From Podarcis filfolensis (lineage: Eukaryota), in NCBI GenBank assembly GCA_964270895.1, contig OZ185437.1: DNA of 64,000 bases. The stretch is one strand, 5' to 3'. The stretch's first letter is position 1; every line of letters starts with the position of its first letter. Of this stretch, positions 1-15,921 are shown piece after piece. The translations under genes and the position numbers were made by a program. The notes under the pieces were generated by a model that was given only the letters and a program-made list of their open reading frames with translations, was not told where the DNA came from and made no database searches.

Positions 1-500
1 AGGATTGCCTGCCAAATCTCCCAATCACTGGACCCCTAGTGGGTGAAGCCTCGCTGGTGGACTGTGAGTCAGAAGTTCCCACTCTGGTCCGCCAACCACG
101 CCAAGACCCCTCTACGTGGTCTGCAGCATATTCAGGGCACCGTGTTAAAATGCTCTTGTTGGAAATCTCTGTCCAGAAGCCCAAGGGTGGAGCCTATGGC
201 CATAGAGGTTCCAGCAGCAGCCTGAAGGTGGCCTTCACACTAGATAGGCATCTTGTAGAGGCAATAATCCCCGGCACAACCCTGAAATGTCTAAGCCCTC
301 CAGCAGGAGGCTGAGGCAGATATGCACCCAATGTCTGAGCCGAAATCCACCTATGTCTGGAATCAATAAAGTTGTGGCCAATTTTATCCCAGGTGGTTGT
401 CCGATTGACTTTATTCAGCACACACTTGCTATAGACATGGCACCCGGAGTGGTCTTGGTGTTGCGACTGGGATTACAACTTGTGGGAACACCATAGAAAC
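1..500 (+). mobile_element. LTR/DIRS-like retroelement remnant, truncated by the window start; boundaries approximate
   Basis: GC-richer block ending in aatcaataaagttgtggccaa (361-381), identical to the reverse complement of 16139-16159. AATAAAGT (365-372) pairs with ACTTTATT (408-415). Family assignment is from recall only. Confidence 0.4.
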
Positions 501-557
501 CTATGACATACATTTGGCCCAGATTGGGATTGAAGGCATCTATTTCTAAAATAAACT

Positions 558-910
558 GGGACGCGGGTGGCGCTGTGGGTTAAACCACAGAGCCTAGGAC
601 TTGCCGATCAGAAGGTTGGCGGTTCGAATCCCCGCGATGGGGTGAGCTCCCGTTGATCGGTCCCTGCTCCTGCCAACCTAGCAGTTCGAAAGCACGTCAA
701 AGTGCAAGCAGATAAATAGGTAACACTCCGGCGGGAAGGTAAACGGCGTTTCCATGCGCTGCTCTGGTTCGCCATAAGCGGCTTAGTCATGCTGGCCACA
801 TGACCCGGAACCTGTATGCCGGTTCCCTCTGCCAATAAAGCGAGATGAGTGCCACAACCCCAGAGTCAGCCACGACTGGACCTAATGGTCAGGGGTCCCT
901 TTACCCTTTT
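558..910 (+). mobile_element. Sauria SINE (Squam1-type), full length
   Basis: tRNA-derived head gggacgcgggtggcgctgtggg with a B-box-like ggttcgaatccc. BovB-like tail segment gagtcagccacgact resembles BovB gagtcggacacgact at 48822-48836. Ends ggtccctttacc. Confidence 0.92.
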
Positions 911-2641
911 TAAACATAGCATGCTATAGAATGAAAGGATACATTAGTTAATTGGATTTTTAAAAATCTTGCTGCTGCTGCTGCTGCTGCTGCTGTTATT
1001 TGTTAAATTTCTAAGCCACCCTTCTTCCCAAAGGAGCCCAGGGTGGCAAACACCAAAACAGTAAAACAATACTGTTAAAAATAAAATAAAGAAATCAGGT
1101 TTTCAGCAGACCAATGTTTCTTCCAAACCAGTAGTAAACAATGGGTTTTCACAGGGAAAGCAGCAGAGCACCCCCCCCCAAAAAAACCCCGCTCAGACCC
1201 ATTACTTGAAATCACTTGAAATCGAGGGACAAATAGAAGTTTGGATGGGACATTAATTTAGGCAGATTTTTTTAGACTCAGCTAGTTTGACTTCTGCGTC
1301 ATGTGGTGTCAAACATAAGATTTGTGGGCCTCTTCAGGTCACTTTAGAGGGTTCCAGTGTGACCCACAGCTAACCTACCATTCTTCATACACGTCGTTCT
1401 GTTTTCTGTGCTAGAAATCCACTAATTCACTCTTTGCTGTTGTGTTCAAGCTACAAATGCTTAAGGATAGACATATTGCCACAGCTGTGAGAACTGTATT
1501 TCAGCTTCCCCAATTTATGGTGGAATTGATGGTTTGGTGTTGAGTTCAAGTAGAACTAACATTTTTCAGTGGAAAATTATTGGCTTTGCCTCAGATGTCT
1601 ACGCTGGGTGGGAATTTCCCATCCAACTCATTTGAGTTTGACACCACTGGATTGAGCTAATAAATTGTTCCTACAAGCTCTATATCCATGAGAAATGTTT
1701 ATTTTAACTGAAGTGTGTTTGTGTGTGTGTGTATGTGCTTGACATAAATAAAATTCCCCCTTTAGAGATATGTATGGGGGTGGTGGAAGGGGGTGGATGG
1801 CCAAACTAACAAAAAATGTAATAGATTTTGTTGCAATTTAAAAATAAGCTTATTTTTAAAAAACCAAAACCAAAACGGAATTCTCTTTTCCCTTGATACC
1901 GAGGAGATACAATTTCACAGTAGGTAAATGCAGTTTTGTCAATGAGGGAATTAACTAAATTTGATCAGATAACACATTTCAGTGATTCGTTGTCTCACTC
2001 AGCAAACTCCACTGTGCATCATGGGAAGCATTGCATTACTCTTTGACTGACGGTGGATTTTTGTTGACTTTAGACCTGGAATAAAGTATGAGATAATGTG
2101 TCTACAACATTATAGTTCCCAACAGATAACACTACACTTGGTTACTGTGTTTTTCTTTCCTGCCAGCTCTAGAGGGTATAAACGAGAGATGGATAAAAGA
2201 CTGGTGCATCGGAGCATTAAAATAAGAAATCACTGAGCATTCAGAATTATTAGTGTCCTGAGATGGCAATTACAATAAAAGCCTATTTGAGTTTTATACA
2301 GGAGACATATTTATGACATTAAAGTATGAGTTACAAAGTGCTTTCCCCCACTCACCTTGTGGTCAAATACACATGTAATTTATTTGCGTCATAGTACTGC
2401 TGATAAATTCTATGACATTTCCCCATACATAATTATTTTTAAATCTCATTAAATTTGCTGAGAAAACCTATGGCTGGACTAATATTTTAATAGTTAATAA
2501 GGAGATAACCGTTAGAAGTAAAGATTTCTACTAAATGAAGATTTAGTATTTATTATTTCTCAAAGGAAATGGATATTTTTATCATTATGTTACAAAGAAA
2601 CAATATGAACATTTATAGTAATAGAAAAAGCAATGCCAATA

Positions 2642-2891
2642 CAGTCGCACCTTGAATCCCAAACGCCTTGCGAGTCAAACATTTTGGCTCCCTAACGCCG
2701 CAAACCCGGAAATGAGTGTTCCAGTTTGCGAACCTTCTTTGGAACCTGAACATCCAACGGGGCTTCTGCAGCTTCCGATTGGCTGCAGGAGTTTCCTGCA
2801 GCCAATCGGAAGCCCTGATTTGGTTTCTGAACATTTTGGAACTCAAACGGACTTCTGGAATGGATTCCGTTCAACTTCCAAGGTACCACTG
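2642..2891. mobile_element. Tc1/mariner-type (pogo/Tigger-like) MITE
   Basis: TA at 2640-41 and 2892-93. TIRs cagtcgcaccttg / caaggtaccactg. Internal perfect 20-bp inverted repeat at 2771-2790 / 2794-2813. Confidence 0.85.
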
Positions 2892-3015
2892 TATTTTGAA
2901 ACCTAGTTTATAGCAAAGGAAAACCATGACACAGAGTAGAATGAGTTCAATTTTGCCCATGGCTTTTGCTGTTGGACGCACATGAAGGCTACTTGGTGTT
3001 TTGATTAACATAACA

Positions 3016-3387
3016 ACGTGGGTGGCGCTGTGGGTTAAACCACAGAGCCTAGGACTTGCCGATCAGAAGTTCAGCGGTTCGAATCCCCGCAACGGGGTAA
3101 GCTCCCGTTGCTTGGTCCCTGCTCCTGCCAACCTAGCAGTTCGAAAGCACATCAAAGTGCAAGTAGATAAATAGGTCCAGTGGGAAGGTAAACGGCATTT
3201 ACCTTCCAGCTGGAAGGTAAATGGCATTTCCGTTCACTGCTCTGGTTTGCCAGAAGCGGCTTAGTCATGCTGGCCACATGACCCGGAAGTTGTACGCTGG
3301 CTCCTCGGCCAATAAAGTGAGATGAGCCCCGCAACCCCAGAGTTGTCCACGACTGGACTTAATGGTCAGGGGTCCATTTACCTTTAC
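3016..3387 (+). mobile_element. Sauria SINE, near full length
   Basis: Colinear with 558-910. Ends ccatttacctttac. Carries an internal inverted duplication at 3196-3223. Confidence 0.92.
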
Positions 3388-4501
3388 TATCATTAAGACT
3401 ACATAAACACCAGTCTTTGGGCATGTGGATCTTTTGCATCTGCTTGGTGTATACTAATGAGCCGAAGCAGGTTATTCCTCTCTACATTGTTTTGTTGGGA
3501 AAACAGAAGGGATCCATTCTGTTCTGTCAAGGTTCTGGTGTGAATGCCCTCTTTGAACCAACTCAGTTTGGAGTATGCAAGGAAAGGACCTAGCATGGGC
3601 TGTTCTGGGATGGTACCTTACTGGCAAATCACGGCTGTTTACCAAGAAAAGAAAGTGGGGAGGTGGTGTGGTGCAAATACAGCACAGAAGTGCCAGATTG
3701 GCTTCACTGCTCAGATTCCAGGTGTAATAGATTTTGGAAACATCCGTATAGGTGTGCAACTACTGTGAACAGAAGGAAAGTAATACATTTGACATATCAG
3801 CTATACTTCTCTCCCCCCCCCCCCATCCCCTCATTCAGAGATGGTGAAAATCTTGAATGGCAACTTGCCTTTCCCAGAAAGCACAACCCAGGCATTCGGT
3901 CTTGTTGCCTAGAAGGCAGCAATGCCTATGCTGTACTCCCCAGACATGTATTTTTTCTGACAGGAGAAGTGTTGTCATTGCAGCAATCAGATCTGCAGAG
4001 ACCTTGTATGCTTGGATCCACTGGCTGGAATGAAGGTCTGACCCTTGCCTTGGGAGACTCTTTTACATATACTCCATGTCATTACCTCTCCCCAGCCTTG
4101 GGCATATTAAAATGAAGCCCTCTGCCACCTCACCCTTTCTTTCAAATTAAAGTCAAACCACAACTCCAGGCACAGTGCAGGCAAGTCTGATACCAGAGCT
4201 GGTCTTCAGGCAAATTCCTGCAACTCTTTTTGTACCTTCCCAGAATTAGTCTGCTGGCTTCCAACTGAATAAGTGGATGCCACACAAAATTTATCTTCTT
4301 TGCATTTATATTTTCATATTCATAGATTTTATTCTAGTTTAATGGAGATTTTCATTATCCCAACAACCAGGCTTTCCACAATGTCATCATTATGTCAGGA
4401 TATGCCTGTGCACCAAAAGATTTTTAGAATATTCCCGCACTGACAATACTTTCCAAATGTCAGTGCATGGAAGATTGTTGAATTATTGGCACTCACAATG
4501 A

Positions 4502-4828
<327 letters not shown>

Positions 4829-5683
4829 TAGAGTCATTGTTTCCCCTAGCCATTGCCGCCGTTCCTGTCTATAGTTATTCTTTTTCTTTAGTAGATCAAT
4901 GTGAGATTATGCTGCGAAGTCAGTGACATGATAACCATATAGATTGAATTTAACTGTGATGTAATCGGAGCAAATAAAATAAGTTAGGAGTGAGGACAAT
5001 GCTTCTTGGATTAGTTACATATCTCATTCCACTCAGTCAGGAATCCAGTAGGTAGCTACTGTACTTAGATGTGTGTATTTGTTCTCTCTTTTCCTGAAGT
5101 TCAGAAGTGAATGCCAGAATTTACATTCCAAGAACAGAGACATTCGCATATGAGAGATATATGAACATGCATGGAGGAATTCCAAGGTTTTCCAGTATAA
5201 AACATACCTTTCCTAAGTATACTCAATGGGTATGGAATGCTGTCTGTTGGAGGCAGTGGGAGGGGGACAGAAACCTAAGCAGGAGAGGGAGTAGAATATT
5301 GAGGAGGAAGGCATAGGCAACTAACTGGAACAGTGAACAGGAACATTCCACATCACCAACATTATGTTGCAAAACTCAGGGCTAAGCCCAAAGTAAGTCA
5401 TTGTAAGTAAGAAGGAAACAGTGCAAATAAGCAGGTGGATGTTTTCTTCAAGCTGTTTAGAAATGTAATTTTAAAATGGTGTTTTTGAACATGCTGCAGT
5501 TTATTTATGAAAAACGGTACTTAGTTTCAGCAAAAGCGAGTTATTTTATTGTATTACGTCTACCAATAAAACAGTGCATAAAAACAACCCATCTCAAATG
5601 TAAATGTTTCATGCCAGTGTGTATAGAACATAGGCTTCTGTTCTCTAGTTATTTTGTTCATGATTTCTCTCTGTTCATTTTAA

Positions 5684-5881
<198 letters not shown>

Positions 5882-8486
5882 TAGTGCTGCCCAAGCCTTT
5901 CATGCTTAAATCCGATTGGTACACAAGGTAAAATACAGGTTACAAGGTTCAGCAGGTACGTAGGAGGCAGAATGCATGGCTAAGTCCAGTCAAACAAGTA
6001 ACACCCACCCATACCTTCTTTAGAAGAGCAGGGCGGGTACAGTGATAATAGCTTGCCTGAGACTAGGCAAGCAAAGGGGGATTCCTTCAAGTGGGCTGGC
6101 TCTGGGAGGTTTGTTTGTGCTGGTATCTGTGTGTCCATGGAGATGCAGTCAAGGTTGTCTCAGCATCACTTACTCTCCAGAAGGGAAGGCTCCTCACTGG
6201 CAGGAGCAGGCTCTAGAAGCAGGAGGTTATGAGTGTCCAGTGTTGTAGGGAAGGGGCATTCTTTTGACAACCTGCTTCACCTCTCCCTAGTATCCAGATA
6301 TCCATCCTCCAGGCCATCTGTACTCGTTTGCAGCATCAGACACTATTTGGAGTCTACATTCCATTTTCCCCATCTTGCTCAGGATCCCTTTCCATTCCTC
6401 CTCAGCCCCTCTACAGCACCTCCACATGGGGTCATGACATATGTATGGTCTCAGTAGCACCAAATATATATATATTTGTCTCAAATAGTCATGGGAAATG
6501 CAGTGTGTTTTTAAGTGCCTTTGTAATTGATTCATGGCGTGTTTTGCAATCTTAGCTATTTTCTTTTCATTCACAAGGTGTGTTATTTGTCGTCATGATT
6601 GTGTTCAGAGATTAGATTAGGCACCTATAGGGTATGCAGTACCATGCAACCTGGTGTCTTAACCCATGTGCTGAACTCCTCATGTGCAGCATTCATATGC
6701 CAGTGATTTACAGAACAACCCAAAACCTCTTTGGACAGTGGTGGTGGTGGACATAGATGTCTCTCTGTCCAGCCCTGCAAGGCTAACTTCACCACCTGCT
6801 AGCTGCCACCGTCATCATTACATTCTGGTGACGATCCCCACCTTCTACCTGTCAAACTAGTGGGTGTGGGGTGGAGTTTCCACTGTTAAGATCACATCTG
6901 CTGCCATTGTGTGATTCCTCTTAGCTTGAACTCTTGAAGCCAATTTTCATGGGCATTGGAGGCTACAGGAACTGGGGGAATTGGCCAAAATCTCCTTCCT
7001 TCCTCTTCCATTAGTGAAGTCAATCACTGGATCACAAATTCCTTCTGTGATCAGAAGAAGTAACTGAATTCCATCCTACAAGACCTGCCCCCAAATAAGG
7101 TGTATGGGATTGCAGCAATCATGATTTCGAATACTTTGGACAGCATCCAATGTTTTTCTGTATAAATGAAGGCACCTCCACTAGAGTTGTGCTATTGAAA
7201 GGGGTCACTGTAGGGGAAGTCATTGGATTTGACCCTATGTGTTTTTTTGTCTTCTGCTACTTATAAAAATATAGTTCCAGATTCAAAGATTGGGGGTGGG
7301 TAGCATTTCATTATCATGTAACAAATTGTTCAGCAGTGTTGTATTGTTTGCTAGTTTGGGGAGGGAGGGGTAGTGTTTATGTTTATTCATCACTGGCCTT
7401 AGGATATAGGATTACTCTGTCTAGTGGCATTTGAGAATAGGAAATGCTATTCTCAGCATCTCGGAATGAATCAAGTAAGTAAGCCTGCTTTATTTATCTC
7501 TGGAGAACCTTGCAGCTAGTCAAGTTTCCATTTTTGGAAGATGAATGCATTAGGATCCCTAGCTGCTAAAGCTTTAGCCAGGGCTATGCGGCTTGTGGCA
7601 TTTAATTAGATTTAATAAATATGCTACCACAATTTGGGGATTTTCAATCTTCTTGTGAAATATAGGAACAGATTTCCCAGGACTGCCTGCCTGCTAATGT
7701 TAAGATACCTCTGAGAGCAGCATCCCCATTCCTGAATGAACACTCTAATCTGTCCTGCAAAGTCAATCATTTTATTTATCACCTAGTATTCCAGATTGAC
7801 CCTATTACATGTTTGCTTTTCCACTAGGCTGATTTCTATTTTGTTTCATAGCACTAAAAGATGAATAATAATTACTACAGAAAATGCAATTTCTCTCTGA
7901 TACCATCTAAGAAGACTAACTTGTCAACATTATGGTTTAGAATTAGACTGAGGATTAGGAGGGAGAGGTGCCCATAGCTAGCCTGATTGTATATTCTGTT
8001 CACAGCTAGTGAAATATTAGATTTCAAGCTTTGGATTTTGATATAATGGCCCTTCCTCCCCGCCTCCCCACAAACTAATGCCATTTTCTCTACATATTTC
8101 TTTTTGTCTCCAATAAACTGCCTTCCTTTTTGTGATGACTCACATTTCTTTATATTTCGTACTTCACAAAAAGCAGGATGATTAGCTGTTACATGAATGA
8201 GCGGAACCTCTACAAAAAAATCCTCAAAAAACAGTGTTGACATTTTATAATGTTAACTACCCTCACATTTTCAGTACAATTGGGTTTTAAAGGGAGTCAT
8301 TTGCTCTCATTTCCATAATTATGCCATGCTGGCTTATTTCCTATAGCTCTCTGAAACATCCAGTGCTGGCCCAAGACATTAGCCCTTGCAAAGCCTATAT
8401 GGTTTACTCTAGCAAGAATGAACTCACATTCTACCATTTCAGGGCCTTTGCACAAATGCAGTTTGTTTGCTTGTTCATTTGTTGTA

Positions 8487-8717
8487 CAGTGATACCTTGG
8501 TTTACAACCATAATCCGTTCCAGATCCGTCTGGTTGTAAACCAAAGCAGGTTGCAACCCAAGGCATGCTTTCACCAATGCCCCCCCCCAAATGTGTTGTA
8601 ATCCATAAGTAAATGTGTTGTAATAAAAAAAAAAAGGGGACACACACTTCCGGGTTTGACATGGTTGTAATTTAAAACGGTTTTAATCCAAAGTGGATGC
8701 AAACCAAGGTACCACTG
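8487..8717. mobile_element. Tc1/mariner-type MITE
   Basis: TA at 8485-86 and 8718-19. 17-bp TIRs cagtgataccttggttt / aaaccaaggtaccactg with 1 mismatch. Confidence 0.85.
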
Positions 8718-10251
8718 TATTAATTAAATTTATCTTCTGCCCTCCCCCCCCCCCCCCAAAGGAGCCCAGGGCAGCAAACAACAAGCAATAAAACAATGAA
8801 AACTGCTTTGTATTAGTATTAGTATTTGTATTTTTTAAAAAGTATCTGTCATCATTCAAAGAAGTTTTGTAGGTGTCCCAGTGGGTTCCCCATTTAAATC
8901 AGGCAAATCTGTGATCAGTAGTTGCTGGACTACAATTCTCTTCATTGTTTGATGGCTAGGGTTCATGGGATTTGAAATCTAACACCATTTGGAGGGTCAC
9001 ATGTTTTACAGTGCTTTTTAAAGAAGCAGTATGATAATCATTGCTTCTTCTTTAAAATATACATGGAAACACAAGGGTTGGAGCTTTGTGGCATTGCTAG
9101 TACTTCCTAGATATTCCACATGTTATCCTATGCCGTAATGGGCATAGGCAACACTTGACCAAGAGAATGAGCTTTAGTATCGCCTCCATTTGCTATGTTG
9201 ATGGACAGATATTAAGAAAAATAAGGGATACATGTCATGTGACAAAGGTATTTGAGAGCAGAAGCAGTAAAGGAGTCTAGAAATGTTGTGAAATGCTGAA
9301 AAGCTGCGGAATCATTTCGCATGCTGAGTCACTGTGACTTATCTTGAGGATGACTAGTTGTATCTGCTTGCAGGCAGACTAGGTGTCTCACTCAGTGTCT
9401 GTGACTCAGGATCTGTAGTGTGTCTGTGTGAGGTGGAGCCTGTGATCTGTGAAGCCTGTTCTCAATGGAAACTCTGTATGCTCTGAAGCTAGTTTAATCT
9501 TCTGTTCATTATGCTGTTACTTGCAAACAAGTTTAATTTTAACTCAGTGAAGCTTTTATTCTTTTACTGAAGAAGACTCTGCATTATTAATTTACGTTGC
9601 GCGTCAGTACACCCAGTTTCGACTTGTGTGGGACTTCTACAGGGCTTCTACTGCTAAACAGCAACTGAATGGGAGAAGGCCTATTACTCTGTATATTGTA
9701 TTTTGCTACCGAATAGTGAGGAGCTGGGATGTAGCCACTCTAGGCAATAAAGGTCATCCATATTGCCAGGGCCTGTGGTGGAAGCATAAGCATGCCATCA
9801 ATGCAGTCGTGTAGACTGAGCCCAGTTGTGAAGCGTGTGGAGTCCAAAAACCCATACTTTGTCACTTAGCAGCAAATGGCGTTGTACATAGAATGCAGCC
9901 ATACAAAAGCCCTATTTGCTTATCCAGCGGTTTATTCCCCCCCCCCAGCTGCTTTTAGCTGAAATCAAGAATATTTCTTCTCCAAAGTAGTCTGAATCAA
10001 ATCAGTCACACTACATTCCACCCAAAAGGTGTGTTTCTTGTGGACTTGGTCTGTCGTACTCGATCTATTTAAAGTTTAGTTGTCAAAATTAAAGAGTGGC
10101 TTGACTGAATTTTGGTGTGACTGTTGTGGAACAAAAGTGACTCAAGGAATTCAACCTGATCGGTATAATGATGCTTTTATCCAACAAATCATCTTTCAGT
10201 TTGTTTAAGGAAGCCTCTGTTAGTGCAAACTAAAATCTCTGTAGTTTCTAG

Positions 10252-10575
<324 letters not shown>

Positions 10576-11832
10576 TAACACTTAAATTCTCTCTCCATTG
10601 ATTAATACTGGCCGTGTCCAATTTAAAAGAGCAATTTGTCATTTCAAAAGTAATTGAGTACCAGCTGGTTGGTAGGCAGTATAGTGTTTCACATAATAAC
10701 CTATTAGATTAACAAGGTTGATGCATGTTTTGCTGAATATTTATTATCAGTGTGACTGCCTCTAAAATCATAAGTATAATATGGAGCATAATGTCAATGT
10801 CTAGAAATCACCCTTCTGTTAATTAATTGATTTTCCCCCCATGAAACATCCTTTATAGCAGATTTATAACTGATACAATTAGAAGTCTGCTGTTACAATG
10901 TCATATTTTAGAATAACAAGATCCAAAATAAATTCATCCAAACAATGCACTTAACACTGTGTTTTGTCAGTGAAACTCGCTAATGGAATTGTGTTTACTG
11001 TTTTGAATTCTTTTGCATGTATTAAGTGTCCCCCCCTTTTTTTTTACTCTCAAGACTTGTGCATTACAATTATTAATAATACTGACAGGGACAGTGTGAC
11101 TTTAGAGAGAATAAAATAAGATCATAGTGATTTGAATCATAATAGCTAATATAATTTTACCTGAGTACATTCAGCTTCTAGTATATTGTCATGGGGCAGA
11201 AGAAAGTTCTGTTTTCCACCTTGGACATAACTAATTCCAACATCACAGAGTTTCATCTTTATTTTTATTGAAATTCTCTTTAATCTGGATGTTAAGAAGC
11301 ATTCATCCTCTCTCTGCTTCATATCCAATATAAATATAATTAAAATTAATATATTAATGTTGCATGGGCAGGCCTGGCAAGCAACCACAGTCCGTCCTGT
11401 CTTGCCTGATCTGGGGCAGGTAGCTGCAGGGTAGCTTCAAACCTACCTCTCTTCTGTGGCACAGACCCTATTTCTCTGCCAGCTTCAAAGAAGGGTTTTG
11501 TTTTATTTCTCTCTCTTTCTTTTTGTCTGTCTACCTCTCTTACTCTGAAGACTCTGTGGCTGTTTTCCTGCCCCATTCTCTACAACCTTCCCCTTCCTCT
11601 GTGGCGCTTTTTCCTACTCCAGTCTCACAATGGATTTTGTGGGGAAATTGGACTGGAATAAGAAAAAGGAAGAAATTCTGGCATGAACTCACCTGAATTT
11701 AAAATATCATTTCCATGGTTTGGCAGCCATGGTCACTATTAGAGAAAATTTAATTGAATGTTCATATTTCTATGCATACATATATTTATAGATACTTCCT
11801 TTGAATTTGAAAGTGTGTCTTACTTTGGTTGA

Positions 11833-12075
<243 letters not shown>

Positions 12076-12173
12076 TGAACTACTTCATAATAGTAGAAAT
12101 GAATTGATTGTTGATCACTCCTCTTCCCAAACCCTAGCCAAATCTAAAGAAAAACATCAGCTTGCTTACATGT

Positions 12174-12175
12174 AT

Positions 12176-12213
<38 letters not shown>
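12174..12213. repeat. (ATTT)10 microsatellite
   Basis: Direct reading of the sequence. Confidence 0.95.
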
Positions 12214-12214
<1 letters not shown>

Positions 12215-15200
12215 TGGCATGTATATGCCATCCAATCAATTATTTTCCCAGAGTGGTGTAAAACAGTAAATTACAGTTAAAAACAATCAATACAAAAATG
12301 TAAAGGAAAACAAATCACACAAGTGTAGCAGCACAAACAGCATCATGAAAGCATTATGAGGCAGCATAAAACCAATAAGTCTATGATGTAGATATCTTAA
12401 GTCTGGACAAGTATATAGATCTCTATGTTCCCAGAGTTTCAGAGTATCTTTGGCTCAGAGCCAGTCCAAGAAATTTTGCTGTCCATGGCAGAGGGCAAGG
12501 TGCCACCAGTTAATTCCATGAGCAGAGGCTGACTTTCAACACTGGCAATGGAATAACATCCTCCACTGTGCCTGGGGATGGCTGGCTGCTTCAAAGAGCA
12601 CATGATAGGCTGTGTAGCATGCAAGTCTCTGATCTCTAGTAGAAGGGAATAGGTAGGAAGCTTAAGAGGAATGTCACTGCTGCCTCACCTCAGCACCCGC
12701 TGCCTGAGTGCAGCATCTTTTTCACTTTGTCTAATGGTAAGTCTGGCCTGATCAAGTAACACACCCTCTCATTTCACATGGCGCAATGAAGCTAAAATCA
12801 CTCCTGTCTACCCCACTTATTATGCTTAAAAGAACCAGTTGCAGAATCAGGATCGATGTTGCAGGGCATTGGGCTAGATGACCATCGGGGTCCCTTCCAA
12901 CTTTACAGTTCTCTGATTCCTTCTTCCTTTTATCAAAGCATTTTTTAATACATAGTTAAATAAAGCAATATCACCATCTGCTGACAGCTAGAGAAACAAC
13001 TAACGAGGGCATCCAAGTGCATTCGGTTAATTTAACACCATAAATATGATGGAAATAAAATCCAGCTGTGGGGTACTGATTAGAAGTGGATATCAGCTAT
13101 GTGTGGAGGCCAAAAAATGAGGCAGATGGAAGTGCCAATATCCCCTCACCCTCAAGTCAGATCAGGGCCTCCCAAAAGTCTTGTATTGTTCTGTTTTTTT
13201 ATTATTACTTATTTAAGACGGGACATACACTTGAACAACACAAAAGAAAGAAAGAGAAAATTGAATTAAAATCAAAATTAAGCATGTTCTGTTTTTAATT
13301 CATTTTTCTATTCAGAATAACTCCAGGTTTTTGTATATCTCTGTTTCTCTAGGGAAGTTGGCTTTGCAAGAAGTGAGGTTGTCCCACATGTTGTCAGTAG
13401 AGCACCAAAGAGCTCTGGACTGGGTTTTTGTTGTTGTTAAAACCCAGAAGTACAGGATTTTATTTTTATTTTTTAAACCCTCGAAGTCATAAAAACCCCA
13501 GAGCTGTTCAGAACTTCACTGGCAATGTTCTGGACAGCCTCATATTGTAAAGCCTCTTGGAGACCTGTAAAACTTACATTGGAAGCATAAAGTCTATCTC
13601 AGAGGATACAAACAAACTCTGGAAAGGTTTTAAAAATGTACAAACAAGAATAAATACCACTCAGCCAGCTCTTAATTTGTTTAAAATCAGAAACACCCCT
13701 TTCACACATAGAAAATTATAGAGAAAAGTGAATCCATTCTACTTATGCCTGGACTCATTTGTCTGCAGTTAATCTACTCCAAAAGTAGTGTTGCCATATT
13801 TCCCAAAAAGAAAATCTCCTTTTTTTCTTTTTTGGGGGGAGCGAAGCTGATGAGCTTTTTAGGGACATCTCCCCACAAAATGTTTTTTGGGGGAACATAT
13901 CAGATACAGTCAAGATTTTTTAAAAAATGTTCAGATAATGATGCAAGGCAAATCTTGAGGCCCATGTACACCCCTAGTATTTATAGATCCATTGATTGCA
14001 AGCATCCATCATGTCTTTGCAGACATTTCAGTGTTATGACAACTGCTACTTAGTGTAAAAACCGGTGGTGAAGTTTGTGACTGATTTGAGTTCTGCAACA
14101 GGTTCTTCCACAACTGAATCCAACCTCTTGTCCTGCAAAAACAAAACAAAACAAAGACATCAAAATCACAGTCTTTATTTTCATTAGGTTTTCTCCCTTT
14201 AACCAAAATAACCCCTTTTCTAAATACAAATTTCACTGCCCCCACAGGCTGCCTTGATCAATTGGGAAAATTCCACATCTATTAGCACATTCCTTTGTAT
14301 GTGCAGCCTTTTCACTTCCATTGCAATGAATGAACTACCCCCAAAGAATTCTGTATCTGCACTGGCAGGGGTCTGGAGTGGAGTGGTTGTGTATAATTCT
14401 GCCTTGCAAACATGACTTCCTTGGGATATTGATAATTCCTACCTGTACTGCTGCTTCCGTATATCTTGCCATTTTTTTTTAGTCTTCCTCGTTTTCTTTC
14501 TTTAAATGCCTTTCTTCCTTTGTAATCATCTGTCATCTGCCGCTCACTTGAATCCAAGCTATTCAGTTTTGTAATGTGCCTTTTTCTGCACTGTGGAAGG
14601 TTCTATGTTTGAATATTCCTTCAAATTGAAAATATCCTCATGCTTACAAAAGTAGCAGAAAAGGGATGAGGCTTCTAGACTAGCTCATATTTTAACATCT
14701 AGATTTATAGGTGCAGGGCTTCTAAATTGGGTAACATCCATATATTTTATCCACCATCTGAAGTCTGGTACACGTAATCCTGTGCATCTGCTGCAATGCA
14801 GCTCTGCTCTGATAGAGAGCACTATCCTAACCCTTGATGACTGGGCACATAGGATGGCACTTCTGTGCCTCTCTGCTGGCCTCTGCAAGCAGAGAAGAGC
14901 ACTGCCAATGAAAGGAGGAAACCCTACCTACATGGGTGGGAAACTATCACTAGTGGTTCTCCTGCTGGCAAGAGTAAGCAGGAAGCACTGAAATGGAGCA
15001 CTTCGAGGGTGAGGTGAAAGCTTTGGTAACATCATATCCAAAGCCTGGACCCAGGCCCTTCAGCTATGCTTGCCTGGAACTGGCATAGCAAATGCAATAA
15101 AGAACTATTTTCACCATTCGCCAGCACAAGCCACCAGGTCTTAGGTCTCAGCAGTAGATTTGCCACTCCCATTCCTTCTAGACCCCACTGAAGATTGGTC

Positions 15201-15309
15201 TGTCATTTTTTGAAAACGTGACACTTCAGCAATGAATGCCTTGTTATTCCATGATCAGTTGCTGCTCTTTGATGTCATTTTGTAGTTACAAAAGTGCACA
15301 ATATTGTGA

Positions 15310-15561
<252 letters not shown>

Positions 15562-15653
15562 TAGAGGTCTACATTGTGGTCTTATAATGGCCAAACCATA
15601 GGGATGGTGAAGAAATTTGGATAGGTTCGTATTTTTATTTGGACCTCCTAATT

Positions 15654-15921
15654 CCCGGTGTGGTGTAGTGGTTAGGAGTGGTACACTTGTAATCTGGTGA
15701 ACCAGGTTCATGTCTCCGCTCCTCCACATGCAGCTGCTGGGTGACCTTGGGCCAGTCACACTTCTCTGAAGTCTCTCAGCCCCACTCACCTCACAGAGTG
15801 TTTTTTGTGGGGGAGGAAGGGAAAGGAGAATGTCAGCCGCTTTGAGAATCCTTCGGGTAGTGATAAAGCAGGATATCAAATCCAAACTCCTCCTCCTCCT
15901 CCTCCTCCTCTTCTTCTTCTT
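15654..15921 (+). mobile_element. Squam3-like tRNA-derived SINE
   Basis: A-box-like gtggtgtagtggtt and B-box-like ggttca head. Body colinear with 46030-46283. Tail aaatccaaa(ctc)n(ttc)n. Confidence 0.85.

Noticed and set aside
9230-9660. LTR-like segment ending ...ctactgctaaaca
   Set aside because: The composition is suggestive, but I could not find a TG start with a matching TSD.
15654-15720. tRNA-like sequences at the SINE heads (also 558-640, 3016-3100, 46030-46100)
   Set aside because: A- and B-box-like motifs run directly into SINE bodies, and no complete cloverleaf is evident.
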